The notes beneath the pieces are model-generated. The model did not search any database. It saw nothing but the letters and a program-made list of their open reading frames with translations, and was not told the origin of the DNA. Positions 1 to 9,826 of a stretch of 32,509 bases of DNA are shown here, piece by piece. Made by a program: the position numbers and the translations under genes. The stretch is from NCBI GenBank assembly GCA_028691175.1, contig JAQUZU010000005.1, forward strand, positions 1 to 32,509, in the 5' to 3' direction. The DNA comes from Candidatus Kapaibacterium sp. GTDB lineage: Bacteria > Bacteroidota > Ignavibacteria > Kapaibacteriales > UBA2268. Numbering within the stretch: position 1 is the stretch's first letter; each line of letters starts with the position of its first letter.

Positions 1-519
1 CAAGCGGCGTGCAGGATTGCCCGACACATAGAACGAGAGTTCCTCCGGCAATTCGTAAAGTCCGTTTTCCTCCGCAAGCAACATTTCGTAGTCGTCGCCC
101 GAAGCCGGGCGAAAAGTCATGTCGCCGGCAGGCTCAAACGACTCGTCGTATTCGTTGAAAACATTGAGAAAAGTTTTATACGCAAATCCCAAGCGCAGGC
201 AAGCATTAACTTCGATCGTATTTTCCGACAGACAAATCACAAGTTTAACATCATATTCGCGAATAATCCGGCGAATCAACTCCTCGGCAAATTCATTATA
301 ATTGCTATTAATGCAGAAATCGATCAGGCGATTTTCGTTTATGCAGAAATATCCGATTTCTTTTTCGGCGACAATGGCATAGCACGCCGCCGTTTCAACC
401 AAAAACTCAGAGTAAAGTACCGGATGAATTGTGGCAAATTTTTTATTTTCCGCACGCATCCGCGGTATTTCTTCGTATGCACTTTCTATAAATTTCATCT
501 CACTTGCATTCATTTTCAT
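1..519 (-). CDS. hypothetical protein, possibly GNAT-fold acetyltransferase-like (N-terminal part only; C-terminus lies beyond the left edge)
   Basis: Absent from the ORF track because it has no stop in the window. I hand-checked the minus-strand frame: open from 549 to 1, first ATG at 519..517. Translates MKMNASEMKFIESAYEEIPRMRAENKKF... The segment NYNEFAEELIRRIIREYDVKLVICLSENTIEVNACLRLGFA resembles the C-terminal part of GNAT folds. The functional call is weak. Confidence 0.55.
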   Translation of the reverse strand, partial: MKMNASEMKFIESAYEEIPRMRAENKKFATIHPVLYSEFLVETAACYAIVAEKEIGYFCINENRLIDFCINSNYNEFAEELIRRIIREYDVKLVICLSENTIEVNACLRLGFAYKTFLNVFNEYDESFEPAGDMTFRPASGDDYEMLLAEENGLYELPEELSFYVSGNPARRL

Positions 520-619
520 ATTCTCTTTGTATAATTTCGTTTGTACTTTTTAGGACGTATCGGAATATTTTTTTATTGCATATATTTAGATTTTTCATTC
601 GTTTTTTTCGAAAAAATGC

Positions 620-658
620 AAAAAAAGGCAGTTCTTCGATTTTATTCTGCGAACTGCC
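620..658 (-). terminator. intrinsic terminator downstream of glnS
   Basis: GGCAGTTC (627-634) pairs with GAACTGCC (651-658). On the minus strand the hairpin is followed by a 7-nt U-tract (A-run 620-626). It lies 27 nt after the glnS stop. Confidence 0.7.
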
Positions 659-684
659 TTTTGATATTCAATTTATTTGCGAAA

Positions 685-2373
685 TTATTTTTTCATCTTC
701 GCCCACGAGTCGCGCAATCCGACTGTGCGGTTAAAAACCGGAGTGTCGGGCTTCGAATCGATGCTGTCGGCACAGAAATAACCGACGCGCTCGAACTGGA
801 ATTTTTCGCTTGGTTTTGCATCCATCAGCGCAGGTTCTACCCATGCTTCAATAGTTTTCAGCGAGTCCGGATTTAGATTGTCGAGGAAAGTTTTGCCCTC
901 CGGCGCTACGTCCGGATTTTCAGTCAGGAAGAGATTATCGTACATTCTGACTTCTGCTTTCCGCCCAAATTCCGCACTTACCCAATGGATTGTACCCTGT
1001 ACGCGACGTCCGTCCGGAGAATTTCCACCGCGAGATGCCGGGTCGTAAGTACAAATTAATTCAACTACTTCGCCGTTTGCGTCTTTGATTACTTCTTTGC
1101 ATGTAATGAAATATGCATAGCGCAAGCGGACTTCTTTGCCCGGAGCGAGGCGGAAGAATTTCTTCGGCGGATTTTCCATAAAGTCATCGCGCTCGATGTA
1201 AATTACTTTCGAGAATTTCACTTTGCGGGAACCTGCATTTTGATCTTCCGGATTATTGATTGCGTCGAGTTCGTCGTCGTGAAGATCGTCCGGATAATTT
1301 TCGATTGTAACTTTCAGCGGATTGATTACGGCCATACGGCGAGTGGCTACTTTGTTCAGATCCTCGCGAATACAAAATTCGAGGACACTGTAATCAACGA
1401 TACTTTCGGCTTTCGTTACGCCGATTCTCTCGGCAAAATTGCGAATCGCCGCCGGAGTGTAGCCGCGACGACGGAAGCCGCAAATTGTCGGCATACGCGG
1501 ATCGTCCCAGCCGGAAACGTAATTTTCCATCACGAGCTGGCGGAGTTTGCGCTTGCTCATAACGAGATAGTTTATGTTTAGTCGTGCAAACTCGATTTGC
1601 TGCGGGTGGCACGGAGTTTTCAGCACTTTCAAATACCAATCGTACAACGGGCGGTGATCTTCAAATTCGAGGGTACAGATTGAATGCGTAATGCCCTCGA
1701 GCATATCGGAGAGGCAGTGCGTAAAATCGTACATAGGATAGATGCACCACTTGTCGCCGGTGCGGTGGTGATTCATTTTTTTGATGCGGTAAGTAACCGG
1801 GTCGCGCATGTTGATGTTCGGCGACGCCATATCGATTTTCGCACGCAGTGTGTGTGTGCCATCCTCGAATTCGCCGTTTTTCATTCTCTCGAATAGGTCA
1901 AGGTTTTCCTCTACCGATCTGTCGCGCCACGGACTCGGTTTGCCCGGTTCGGTTAGCGTTCCGCGATTTGCGCGGATTTCTTCCGGAGTTTGCTCGCAGA
2001 CGTATGCCAAGCCCATTTTGATTAATTGAACAGCATATTCGTATAATTTATCGAAATAATCCGACGCGTAATATTTGCGGTCGTCCCAATCAAATCCGAG
2101 CCATTTTACGTCTTCCTGAATCGAATCCACGTATTCTACATCTTCTTTTACCGGATTAGTATCATCAAAGCGCAAATTTGTAATTCCGCCGAATTCCTTC
2201 GCGAGTCCGAAATTCAGGCAGATAGATTTCGCGTGTCCGATATGCAGATAGCCGTTCGGCTCAGGCGGGAACCGCGTATGTACTTTTCCGCCGTTTTTAT
2301 TGACCTTCAGGTCTTCGGTGATTATCGTTTTTATAAAGTTATTTGCAACTAAATTTTCGTTTGGATTTTCCAT
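685..2373 (-). CDS. glnS: glutaminyl-tRNA synthetase
   Basis: 562 aa. Near-colinear with E. coli GlnRS signature blocks: [34 protein letters not shown] (HIGH), [20 protein letters not shown] (KMSKS-type). Confidence 0.96.
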   Translation of the reverse strand: MENPNENLVANNFIKTIITEDLKVNKNGGKVHTRFPPEPNGYLHIGHAKSICLNFGLAKEFGGITNLRFDDTNPVKEDVEYVDSIQEDVKWLGFDWDDRKYYASDYFDKLYEYAVQLIKMGLAYVCEQTPEEIRANRGTLTEPGKPSPWRDRSVEENLDLFERMKNGEFEDGTHTLRAKIDMASPNINMRDPVTYRIKKMNHHRTGDKWCIYPMYDFTHCLSDMLEGITHSICTLEFEDHRPLYDWYLKVLKTPCHPQQIEFARLNINYLVMSKRKLRQLVMENYVSGWDDPRMPTICGFRRRGYTPAAIRNFAERIGVTKAESIVDYSVLEFCIREDLNKVATRRMAVINPLKVTIENYPDDLHDDELDAINNPEDQNAGSRKVKFSKVIYIERDDFMENPPKKFFRLAPGKEVRLRYAYFITCKEVIKDANGEVVELICTYDPASRGGNSPDGRRVQGTIHWVSAEFGRKAEVRMYDNLFLTENPDVAPEGKTFLDNLNPDSLKTIEAWVEPALMDAKPSEKFQFERVGYFCADSIDSKPDTPVFNRTVGLRDSWAKMKK

Positions 2374-2527
2374 TTTTCGTGGTTCCTGATATATTTTTAT
2401 TATAATTCAAAATTGAATAATTTGACTGTACACCACACATAGGCACCCTTCGCAACGCTCGGGGAGCCTATGGTTTTATGTGTTTTTCGATGCGTCTTTT
2501 TCTCTATCGAGAGCGGACGCAAGTTCC

Positions 2528-3205
2528 TTAGCCCTGTGCGAGAACTTTAGTTCTCTCGGTCTGCATTTTGTCGTAATCAGCCAAGAATTGCGCAACGCCT
2601 TTGTCTGTCAGCGGGTGATTAAGCGACTGCATCAACACCTTGTATGGCACAGTTGCAATATCGCAACCTGCTTTTGCAGCCTGGATAATGTGCTCCGGGT
2701 GGCGAATAGATGCAGCAATAATCAGCGATTCGAGTCCCTGTTTATCCCATATTTCACAAATATCTTTTATTACTTCATTGCTATCTACGGCGATGTCGTC
2801 CAAGCGCCCCATAAATACGGATACATAAGTTGCACCGGCATCTGCTGCAGCAAGAGCCTGAGTCGGATTGAACACGAGAGTAACATTCGTCGGAACTTCC
2901 TTAGCATACAAGTACTTAACGGCACCAAGTCCGGCGGGAATCATCGGGATTTTGATTGTAGCTTCCGGGAACCATTCGAGAATGCCTTCGGCTTCTTTGA
3001 TCATGCCATCGGTTTCCGTAGAATTAACTTCTACCGACAGATGTCCGCCGACGAGTTCATGAATTTCCAACAATCTTTTTTTGATATCGATCGACGGATC
3101 TTCTTTTGCCAAAAGAGACGGATTAGTCGTTACTCCGCTTATAAAGCCGTAATTGGCAACTTCGCGAATTTGATTTATATTCGCTGTATCAAGATATAAT
3201 TCCAT
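2528..3205 (-). CDS. tal: transaldolase type 3B / fructose-6-phosphate aldolase family
   Basis: 225 aa. MELYLDTANINQIREVANYGFISGVTTNPSLLAKE and the Schiff-base lysine context ATIKIPM match the short TalB/FSA family (B. subtilis YwjH-like). Confidence 0.92.
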   Translation of the reverse strand: MELYLDTANINQIREVANYGFISGVTTNPSLLAKEDPSIDIKKRLLEIHELVGGHLSVEVNSTETDGMIKEAEGILEWFPEATIKIPMIPAGLGAVKYLYAKEVPTNVTLVFNPTQALAAADAGATYVSVFMGRLDDIAVDSNEVIKDICEIWDKQGLESLIIAASIRHPEHIIQAAKAGCDIATVPYKVLMQSLNHPLTDKGVAQFLADYDKMQTERTKVLAQG

Positions 3206-3238
3206 TATTATTTCCTAATTATATTATAAATTTACTGA

Positions 3239-4234
3239 TTATCCTTTTACTTCGCCGATAACGAGAGCTTGCTTCATAGCGAGCATTTCGAGAACTTTAT
3301 CGACATTTTCTTTCGGCACGCATACGATCATGCCGATTCCGAGATTGAAGACGTGTCGCATTTCTTCGTCGGAAATGCCACCGACTTTTTGTATTAAGTC
3401 AAATATCGGCAACGAGTTCCAGCAATTCCAATCAATACTCAGCGAGAGATTTTCTTTGCGCAAGATGCGTTTTGTATTGCCGACTATGCCGCCGCCGGTA
3501 ATGTGCGAAATTCCGGTTGCGAGTTCTTTGTCTAAAACCGGCATCACATACGGCAAGAACGACGGGTGAACCGCGAGAAGTGCATCCGCGATTGTGCAGC
3601 CGAGTTCATCGACGTAATCATCTACTTTGAACTTATCGAGTAATACTTTGCGGGCGAGCGAAAAGCCGTTCGTCTGCAAGCCGTTTGTCGGAATACCGAT
3701 AAGCACGTTGCCGGCTTCGACTTTTAAGCCGTTCAGAACGCGGGATTTCTCTACCACGCCGACAATAGTTCCGGACAGGTCGTATTCGCCTTTTTGATAC
3801 ATGGACGGCATTTCTGCGGTTTCGCCACCAATCAATGCACAAGAATTTTCGCGGCAGGCTTTTGCAAATCCGCTGATGACTGCTTCCGCTACATCAACTT
3901 CAAGTGCCCCGCAACCAAAATAATCGAGGAAAAAGAGTGGTTTCGCTCCGCAGCAAAGAATATCGTTGCAGCAGTGATTTACGAGATCCTGCCCGACTGT
4001 GTCGTGGCGGTTCGCAAGGAACGCAACTTTTAATTTCGTGCCGACTCCGTCGGTTGAAGCGCAGAGAATCGGTTCTTTGTAATCTTCGAATTTTGCATCA
4101 TACAGCCCGCCAAACAGTCCGATATCGGCAAGTACTTTGTCCGAAAAAGTCGAGCGAACAAGCGGTTTAATTCGATTAACGGTTTCTTCGCCGGCTGCTA
4201 TATCCACTCCGGCTGCTTTATAAGTATTATTCAT
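3239..4234 (-). CDS. purM: phosphoribosylformylglycinamidine cyclo-ligase (AIR synthetase)
   Basis: 331 aa. N-terminus YKAAGVDIAAGEETVNRIK, plus DGVGTKLK and GGETAEMP motifs typical of PurM. Confidence 0.95.
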   Translation of the reverse strand: MNNTYKAAGVDIAAGEETVNRIKPLVRSTFSDKVLADIGLFGGLYDAKFEDYKEPILCASTDGVGTKLKVAFLANRHDTVGQDLVNHCCNDILCCGAKPLFFLDYFGCGALEVDVAEAVISGFAKACRENSCALIGGETAEMPSMYQKGEYDLSGTIVGVVEKSRVLNGLKVEAGNVLIGIPTNGLQTNGFSLARKVLLDKFKVDDYVDELGCTIADALLAVHPSFLPYVMPVLDKELATGISHITGGGIVGNTKRILRKENLSLSIDWNCWNSLPIFDLIQKVGGISDEEMRHVFNLGIGMIVCVPKENVDKVLEMLAMKQALVIGEVKG

Positions 4235-4469
4235 AAGTATATATATTTTTGTGGTTATTTGATTTCATCATAGATTTGGAGTGTTTCCAATATATGAATA
4301 ACGGATTTATCGCAAGAATATTGCAGAGAGGCTAAAAATAATATTTCTTCCTCCGCCTTCATAACAAATAATCAATATATCGAAAATTTTTACACTTCAT
4401 AACAACAATATTTCTTTAAGGAAATCGTTAAGAACTTTGCAAGTAATTTATTCACGAAAGGAAAAATCA

Positions 4470-4991
4470 ATGTTAAACGAAAAAATCGAAAAATATCTGA
4501 ACAAACAGATTAACGCCGAAATGTGGTCGGCATATCTTTATTTGTCTATGTCGGCATATTGCCAAAACAACGATCTAAAAGGCTTTGCAAACTGGTATTT
4601 CGTTCAGTTCAAAGAAGAGCAGGACCACGCAATGATTTTATTTAATTATGTCAATTCGCGTGGCGGCAAGGTTTCGCTAATGCCTATCGCCGAAGTAGAA
4701 ACCGAATGGAATTCAATTCTTGCTGCCGCAGAGGATACACTTTGCCACGAAGAAAAAGTTACCGCAATGATTAACGAACTATACTCCATAGCATTGGAAG
4801 AAAAAGATTTTGCTACTCAGAGTATGCTTAAATGGTTCATCGACGAGCAAGTTGAAGAAGAAGAAAGCGTGAAAGAAATAATTGGCAAACTGAAATTGCT
4901 GCAAGGCAACGGTTTCGGCTTATACACGCTAGACAATGAACTTGCCGCACGCGTCTATACGCAAGCCTCTCCGCTGGCAGCGAAAGCATAA
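4470..4991 (+). CDS. ftn: bacterial non-heme ferritin
   Basis: Ferritin-like di-iron helix signature: INAEMWSAYLYLSMSAY...FKEEQDHAMILFNYV...EKVT. The track ORF starts at a TTG (4437). I prefer the ATG at 4470, preceded by AAAGGAAAAATCA. Confidence 0.9.
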   Translation: MLNEKIEKYLNKQINAEMWSAYLYLSMSAYCQNNDLKGFANWYFVQFKEEQDHAMILFNYVNSRGGKVSLMPIAEVETEWNSILAAAEDTLCHEEKVTAMINELYSIALEEKDFATQSMLKWFIDEQVEEEESVKEIIGKLKLLQGNGFGLYTLDNELAARVYTQASPLAAKA

Positions 4992-5017
4992 AACCGTGTA
5001 AAATCAACTTACAAAGC

Positions 5018-5048
5018 AAAGGGCGAATTTAATATCCGCCCTTTTTTT
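5018..5048 (+). terminator. intrinsic terminator after ferritin (weakly bidirectional, also faces tyrS)
   Basis: AAAGGGCG (5018-5025) pairs with CGCCCTTT (5037-5044). T7 run at 5042-5048. Confidence 0.7.
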
Positions 5049-5076
5049 ATAAATCATTCGAAATTGCCGCCGGCCG

Positions 5077-6291
5077 CTATGCATTATATACGGCATACAT
5101 AAACTTGCGCTTGCCGACCTTCAGAAGGTGCTTCGTAGAGAAGTCCGCTTTCTGGCCGATTTCGGCTACACGTTCGCCGTCGATATATACTCCGCCCTGC
5201 TCGATCATTTTTTTCGCTTCCTTTTTGGAGGCAACCATTCCGGCGGCTGCTACTGCTTCAACGATAGTCATTTCTGCAGCCGGCAAAACGAAGGTATCAA
5301 CTTCGTCCGGAATATCCTTCTTTACAAACATGCGTTCAAATTCGTCAAATGCACCCTGAGCGGCAGCTTTATCGTGATAAATTTCCACAATTCGCATCGC
5401 GGTTTCTACTTTTGCGTTACGCGGATGTACCGAGCCGTCCAATAAGCCGGCAGCCATTTTCTTTACTTCTTCATCGCTCGCAAAAGCTCCGTATTGGAAA
5501 TAGCGGGTAGTCAGAGCATCGGAAATCGACATAACTTTGCCGAAAATCTCGCGCGGAGTGTCCGTAAATGCAATATAGTTGCCGAGCGATTTGCTCATTT
5601 TCTCGACTCCGTCCGTTCCCTCGAGAATCGGCATAGTCAAGATGCACTGCGGTTCGCAGCCATAAGCCTTTTGAATTTCGCGTCCGACAAGCAGGTTGAA
5701 TTTCTGATCGCTGCCGCCGACTTCGATATCGGATTTTATGGCGAATGAGTCATAAGCCTGTGCCAGCGGATACATAAACTCGTGCACGCTGATCGGTGTG
5801 CCGGCTTTGAAACGCTTGCTGAAATCGTCGCGTTCGAGAAGTTGTGCAACCGTGTAATTCGACGCAAGTTTAATTACTTCCATAAAATTCATTTTGCCGA
5901 GCCAGTCAGAATTATAGCGTACTTCGAGCGAATCTGCGAGGAGAAGTTTCGTGGCTTGCTCCAGATAAGACTGCCCGTTCGCACGGGTTTCTTCGATTGA
6001 AAGCGCGGGACGCGTCTTGGATTTCCCGGTCGGATCGCCGATCATGCCGGTAAAATCGCCGACAATCAACACAACGTGATGTCCTAAATCCTGAAATTGA
6101 CGTAATTTATGCAATACCACACCATGCCCGATATGTAAGTCCGGACGGCTCGGATCGGCACCGAGCTTGATTGTCAACGGCTTATTTTCTTTGATGGAGC
6201 GATTAATTTTCGCTTCAAGTTCATCTTCCGGCAGCAAATCAAGCGTACCGGTTCGGATGATATCCATTTGTTCGTTTAACGACGGAAACAT
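5077..6291 (-). CDS. tyrS: tyrosyl-tRNA synthetase
   Basis: 404 aa. HIGH motif (DLHIGHGV), KMSKS (EKMSKSLGN), and a C-terminal S4-like RNA-binding tail (KKEAKKMIEQGGVYIDGERV). Confidence 0.95.
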   Translation of the reverse strand: MFPSLNEQMDIIRTGTLDLLPEDELEAKINRSIKENKPLTIKLGADPSRPDLHIGHGVVLHKLRQFQDLGHHVVLIVGDFTGMIGDPTGKSKTRPALSIEETRANGQSYLEQATKLLLADSLEVRYNSDWLGKMNFMEVIKLASNYTVAQLLERDDFSKRFKAGTPISVHEFMYPLAQAYDSFAIKSDIEVGGSDQKFNLLVGREIQKAYGCEPQCILTMPILEGTDGVEKMSKSLGNYIAFTDTPREIFGKVMSISDALTTRYFQYGAFASDEEVKKMAAGLLDGSVHPRNAKVETAMRIVEIYHDKAAAQGAFDEFERMFVKKDIPDEVDTFVLPAAEMTIVEAVAAAGMVASKKEAKKMIEQGGVYIDGERVAEIGQKADFSTKHLLKVGKRKFMYAVYNA

Positions 6292-6342
6292 ATTTTTTCC
6301 TTATATATTATAGTTGTTATTTTTCAAAAAGTATAAAAAAAC

Positions 6343-7707
6343 TTAGTCTGCCAATTGGTTCGAGAGTTTCCAGATATCGCCGGCTCCCATTGTAAGCACT
6401 AAATCGCCGGGCTTAATAATTTTTTTAACTTCCGGATAGAGATCGTTTTTATCGGCGATATAGCGTACGTTTTTATGTCCGAACTGCACTGCTGCATCGG
6501 CAATCAACTTTCCGGTTACGCCTTCTATCGGCTCTTCGCGAGCCGGATAAATGTCGGTAACGATTAAAATATCTGCTTCGTCGAACGCCTTGCCGAAGTC
6601 CTTATATAACTGCTGCGTGCGCGTATAAGTATGCGGCTGAAAAACGCAAATCGTGCGACGATCCCAGCCGGAGCGTGCCGCCTGCAGCGTTGCTTCGATT
6701 TCTGACGGATGGTGTGCGTAATCATCAATCACAATAATATCGTCCTTTTCGCTCTTAATCTCAAAGCGGCGGAAAACGCCGGTAAATGCGGCGATGCCTT
6801 CTTTGATTGTCTCAAAATCCACGCCGAGTTCGTGAGCAACAGTAAGCGCCCCAAGAGCATTTTTTATGTTATGAAGTCCGGGAACGTTCAGGTGAACTCT
6901 GCCCTGCTTTTCGCCTTTAATCACAACTTCGAAATCTGTACCGTGCTCGAGATAAGTAATATTCGACGCCCGAACGTCTGCATTTCTGCTCAGACCGAAA
7001 GTAATGGTTTTCTTTTTAATGTTGGCAAGAATATCTTTTACGCCTTCATCGTCGATACACGCTGCGACAAAACCATAGAACGGGACTTTGTTTGCAAATT
7101 CGACAAATGTGCGTTTCAAATCTTCAATATCGGAATAAATATCAAGATGTTCCGCCTCGATGTTATTTATAATCGAAACAGCCGGCGAAAGTTGCAGAAA
7201 CGAGCGATCGTATTCGTCTGCCTCTACTACAATCCATTCGCCATTTCCGAGGCGTGCATTGGTTCCACCGAAATCTTTCAGGCGTCCTCCTACAATCACA
7301 GTCGGATCTAAATTCGCCTTAATCAGAATGATTCCGACCATTGACGTTGTTGTGGTTTTGCCGTGCGTACCTGCAACTGCAAGCGTATATTTCAATCGCG
7401 AAACTTCCGAGAGCATCTCTGCGCGACGCAACAGTGGCACGCCGAGTTTCATTGCCGCGAGTGTTTCCGGATTTTTATCTATTTTAACCGCACTCGAATA
7501 AACTACTACTTCCGCTCCTTCGATATTTGCGGCGTTATGCCCGATCATGATTTTCGCACCGCGTGCAGCGAGATAATCCGTATTGTCAGAGCGCGACATA
7601 TCCGACCCGCTCACGCTAAAACCTTGATTTAAAAGAATTTCGGCAATTGCGCTCATTCCGATGCCGCCAATACCGACAAAATGTATATTCTTTGCTGATG
7701 AAAACAT
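6343..7707 (-). CDS. murC: UDP-N-acetylmuramate--L-alanine ligase
   Basis: 454 aa. IHFVGIGGIGMSAIAEILLNQGFSVSGSD, RAEML, GTHGKTTTTSM, NIEAEHLD and PFYG blocks match MurC rather than its paralog Mpl. Confidence 0.94.
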   Translation of the reverse strand: MFSSAKNIHFVGIGGIGMSAIAEILLNQGFSVSGSDMSRSDNTDYLAARGAKIMIGHNAANIEGAEVVVYSSAVKIDKNPETLAAMKLGVPLLRRAEMLSEVSRLKYTLAVAGTHGKTTTTSMVGIILIKANLDPTVIVGGRLKDFGGTNARLGNGEWIVVEADEYDRSFLQLSPAVSIINNIEAEHLDIYSDIEDLKRTFVEFANKVPFYGFVAACIDDEGVKDILANIKKKTITFGLSRNADVRASNITYLEHGTDFEVVIKGEKQGRVHLNVPGLHNIKNALGALTVAHELGVDFETIKEGIAAFTGVFRRFEIKSEKDDIIVIDDYAHHPSEIEATLQAARSGWDRRTICVFQPHTYTRTQQLYKDFGKAFDEADILIVTDIYPAREEPIEGVTGKLIADAAVQFGHKNVRYIADKNDLYPEVKKIIKPGDLVLTMGAGDIWKLSNQLAD

Positions 7708-7741
7708 CTATATTGTTCCTGTATTTTACGAAAATAGAATA

Positions 7742-7773
7742 CAAATATACGAAAATTATGGCAAATGTTCAAT
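7742..7773 (-). promoter_or_regulatory. candidate Bacteroidota-type promoter for murC (ATTG-N20-TATATTTG on the minus strand)
   Basis: The reverse complement of 7742-7749 is TATATTTG (fits TAnnTTTG), about 35 nt upstream of the murC ATG. A TTG lies 20 nt further upstream. Motif match only. Confidence 0.3.
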
Positions 7774-7782
7774 CATTGATCG

Positions 7783-9573
7783 TTAAGCAATATTTTCGCT
7801 TTCCTGCGTTTTCCGGAAAATCACGCTGAAAGTAGTCCCCTGCGGCGACGAATCAACTTCAATTTTGCCGTCGTGTTTTTCTACAATTCCTTTCACGATG
7901 TAAAGTCCCAAGCCGCTACCTTCGCCTTTCGGCTTCGTGGTATAGAACGCATCGAAAATTCTCTTCCTTACGTCTTCCGGAATGCCCGGTCCGGTATCTC
8001 CGATTTTAACGGCGAATTTATCACCCATATCAACGATTGAAAGCGTCAGCGTACCGGAATAATTCATCGCTTGAATTGCATTATGCACGAGGTTTGTCCA
8101 GACCTGGTTCATCTCGTCCGGATTGCATTTGAATATCGGTCTGAAGTCGTAATTTTTCACTACGGTTACACCGCGTTTAAGCAAATTGTGATATATAGTA
8201 AGCATCATACCGAGGCTGTCGCAAATATCAAAATCCATCCGCTCGTGCTGATTGCTCAGATAGGTATAAGTTTTCAGCGATTTAACGAGTTTGGAAGCCT
8301 TGCCGGTAGCAACATCTATATTTAATGCATTATTGAACAGAGCACAAACCTTATACCCGATTTCTATAATTATTTTGGCGTAAGGCGACTTTAACAAGCC
8401 GGCAAATTCTTCTATATCGCCGCAAATGCTCATTTCGACAAACATTTCCGCATACATGTCCGCATTTTCGATTCCCATATCTTCCATTTCGCTTGTCAGT
8501 TTGCGTCTGTATTTGCGTTCATCGGCAGTAGACATCATTCCGCCATCGTAGCCCGCACGGACTAGCAGCAAATGTAATGCATGTTTATTCTCCGGCGTCA
8601 TATTATTAAAATCCTTCGGCAGTGTATCCAGCAGTTGCTTCAGCGTATCGCGAATAATCTTAATCGATGAATTTATCGCTCCGAGCGGCGTGTTGAGTTC
8701 ATGTGCCACTACCGAAACAAGCTGTCCGAGTGCCGCCATTTTCTCGGACTCTACAATCTGGTCTTGCGCTTTTTTCAGAGTGCCGAGCGTCTGCTCAAGC
8801 ACGTCGTTTTGGCGTGTAAGTTTGCTCACCGCCTTGTCGCGTTCGGTTTCGCGCATATACGTCGCATTCACCAAGATATTAAACGCCTCGTACAAATCGC
8901 CGATTTCGTCGCGGCCGACACGCTCGACATGCACCGAATAATCAGCGTCTTCTGTTATTTTTTTCGCAATCGCAGTCAATTTCATAATCGGATTTGATAC
9001 CGGTTTTTGGAACAAAAACGCAAATCCGAGTGCGAGCAACAGCACAACCACCGAGATACCGAGAATTTGAAGCGTCAGGCTTGCCACGGCGTCGTGGAGC
9101 GGCTTTCGAGAAATTGCAAGTTGGAGAGTACCGAGCACCTCGCCGCCGTAAATAACCCGGCAGTACGCACTGATATTTTCGCCGTCATCAATTGTTTCGT
9201 TCTGTTTCGGGATACTCGTAGGTTCGCGGAAATTCGTTTTTTTCTTCACATACTTCGCGAACACAGTGCCGTTATTTCTATAAACGACTCCGGCAACGAG
9301 ATTATCCACGCGGTCAATTTTCGTCAATGTGCGATAAACATCGTCGTTCAGGTCAAATGTCATCTGCACAGCGACATATTCCGCAATAAGCCCGGCATTA
9401 ACCATCGCATTATCGCGGATATTTTTTTCGAGCACGCGAGTCATGGCAGTCATAATCACGGTATAGCCGACAGTCAACGTAATCACCGCCACCACCATGA
9501 TTATTAAAATCATTTTATTTTTTATCTTGAGGTCTTTAAATTTTAACATTGTCTTCCCGTGCAATACTCCCAT
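7783..9573 (-). CDS. membrane sensor histidine kinase (2 TM, periplasmic domain, HAMP, DHp with insertion, HATPase_c)
   Basis: 596 aa. TM segments at aa ~21-43 and ~166-188, a HAMP-like PIMKLTAIAKKI...EIGDLYEAFN, H-box AHELNTPLGAI, N-box NLVHNAIQAM, G-boxes DTGPGI and GSGLGL. The second ATG (9549), preceded by GGGAAGACA, may be the true start. Confidence 0.9.
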   Translation of the reverse strand: MGVLHGKTMLKFKDLKIKNKMILIIMVVAVITLTVGYTVIMTAMTRVLEKNIRDNAMVNAGLIAEYVAVQMTFDLNDDVYRTLTKIDRVDNLVAGVVYRNNGTVFAKYVKKKTNFREPTSIPKQNETIDDGENISAYCRVIYGGEVLGTLQLAISRKPLHDAVASLTLQILGISVVVLLLALGFAFLFQKPVSNPIMKLTAIAKKITEDADYSVHVERVGRDEIGDLYEAFNILVNATYMRETERDKAVSKLTRQNDVLEQTLGTLKKAQDQIVESEKMAALGQLVSVVAHELNTPLGAINSSIKIIRDTLKQLLDTLPKDFNNMTPENKHALHLLLVRAGYDGGMMSTADERKYRRKLTSEMEDMGIENADMYAEMFVEMSICGDIEEFAGLLKSPYAKIIIEIGYKVCALFNNALNIDVATGKASKLVKSLKTYTYLSNQHERMDFDICDSLGMMLTIYHNLLKRGVTVVKNYDFRPIFKCNPDEMNQVWTNLVHNAIQAMNYSGTLTLSIVDMGDKFAVKIGDTGPGIPEDVRKRIFDAFYTTKPKGEGSGLGLYIVKGIVEKHDGKIEVDSSPQGTTFSVIFRKTQESENIA

Positions 9574-9826
9574 AATTTATCTTTAACGAACGAATAAAGA
9601 AATAATTGCTAAATTTGCATTTTTTTTCATATTTATAGCGTTTTGCCCGCAAATTTTCATTTTTATTGTAACTAATACATAATTAATAAAATTTTCTTTG
9701 GTTACGTGCAAAAAAAGTGTTAATTTGCATAGCTACAATTGTACAGTAATTCAACATGGCTTGATGACGGTATATGAATTAACTGTTTTTTTTCACAATC
9801 AAATTTTTTTTTGGAGTAATTAACAA

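Noticed and set aside
119-301. A 60-aa plus-strand ORF at the left edge.
   Set aside because: It lies antisense within the longer open minus-strand frame (1-519), which has a plausible ATG start and protein-like composition.
2480-3199. A 239-aa plus-strand ORF. Similar long antisense ORFs occur at 6709-7311, 9007-9507, 10262-10756, 12645-13091, 15111-15557 and 27301-27717.
   Set aside because: Each lies entirely antisense to a gene with unmistakable homology (tal, murC, the kinase, rpsA, sufU, the vWA protein, the giant protein). Their translations are Cys/Arg/Phe/Ser-rich with no recognisable motifs. They are shadow ORFs.
4437-4469. Track-suggested upstream starts: TTG at 4437 for ferritin and 13100 for the DUF59 protein.
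   Set aside because: In both cases the downstream ATG gives an N-terminus matching family norms. The ATG at 4470 is preceded by AGGA. The ATG at 13127 lies 1 nt after the sufU stop and removes a 26-nt overlap. The upstream extensions add non-conserved residues.
4235-4469. A possible Fur box or iron-responsive operator in the divergent purM/ferritin promoter region.
   Set aside because: I found only loose AT-rich similarity (for example AATAATCAATATATCG), and nothing close to the 19-bp GATAATGATAATCATTATC palindrome. I cannot support a call by eye.
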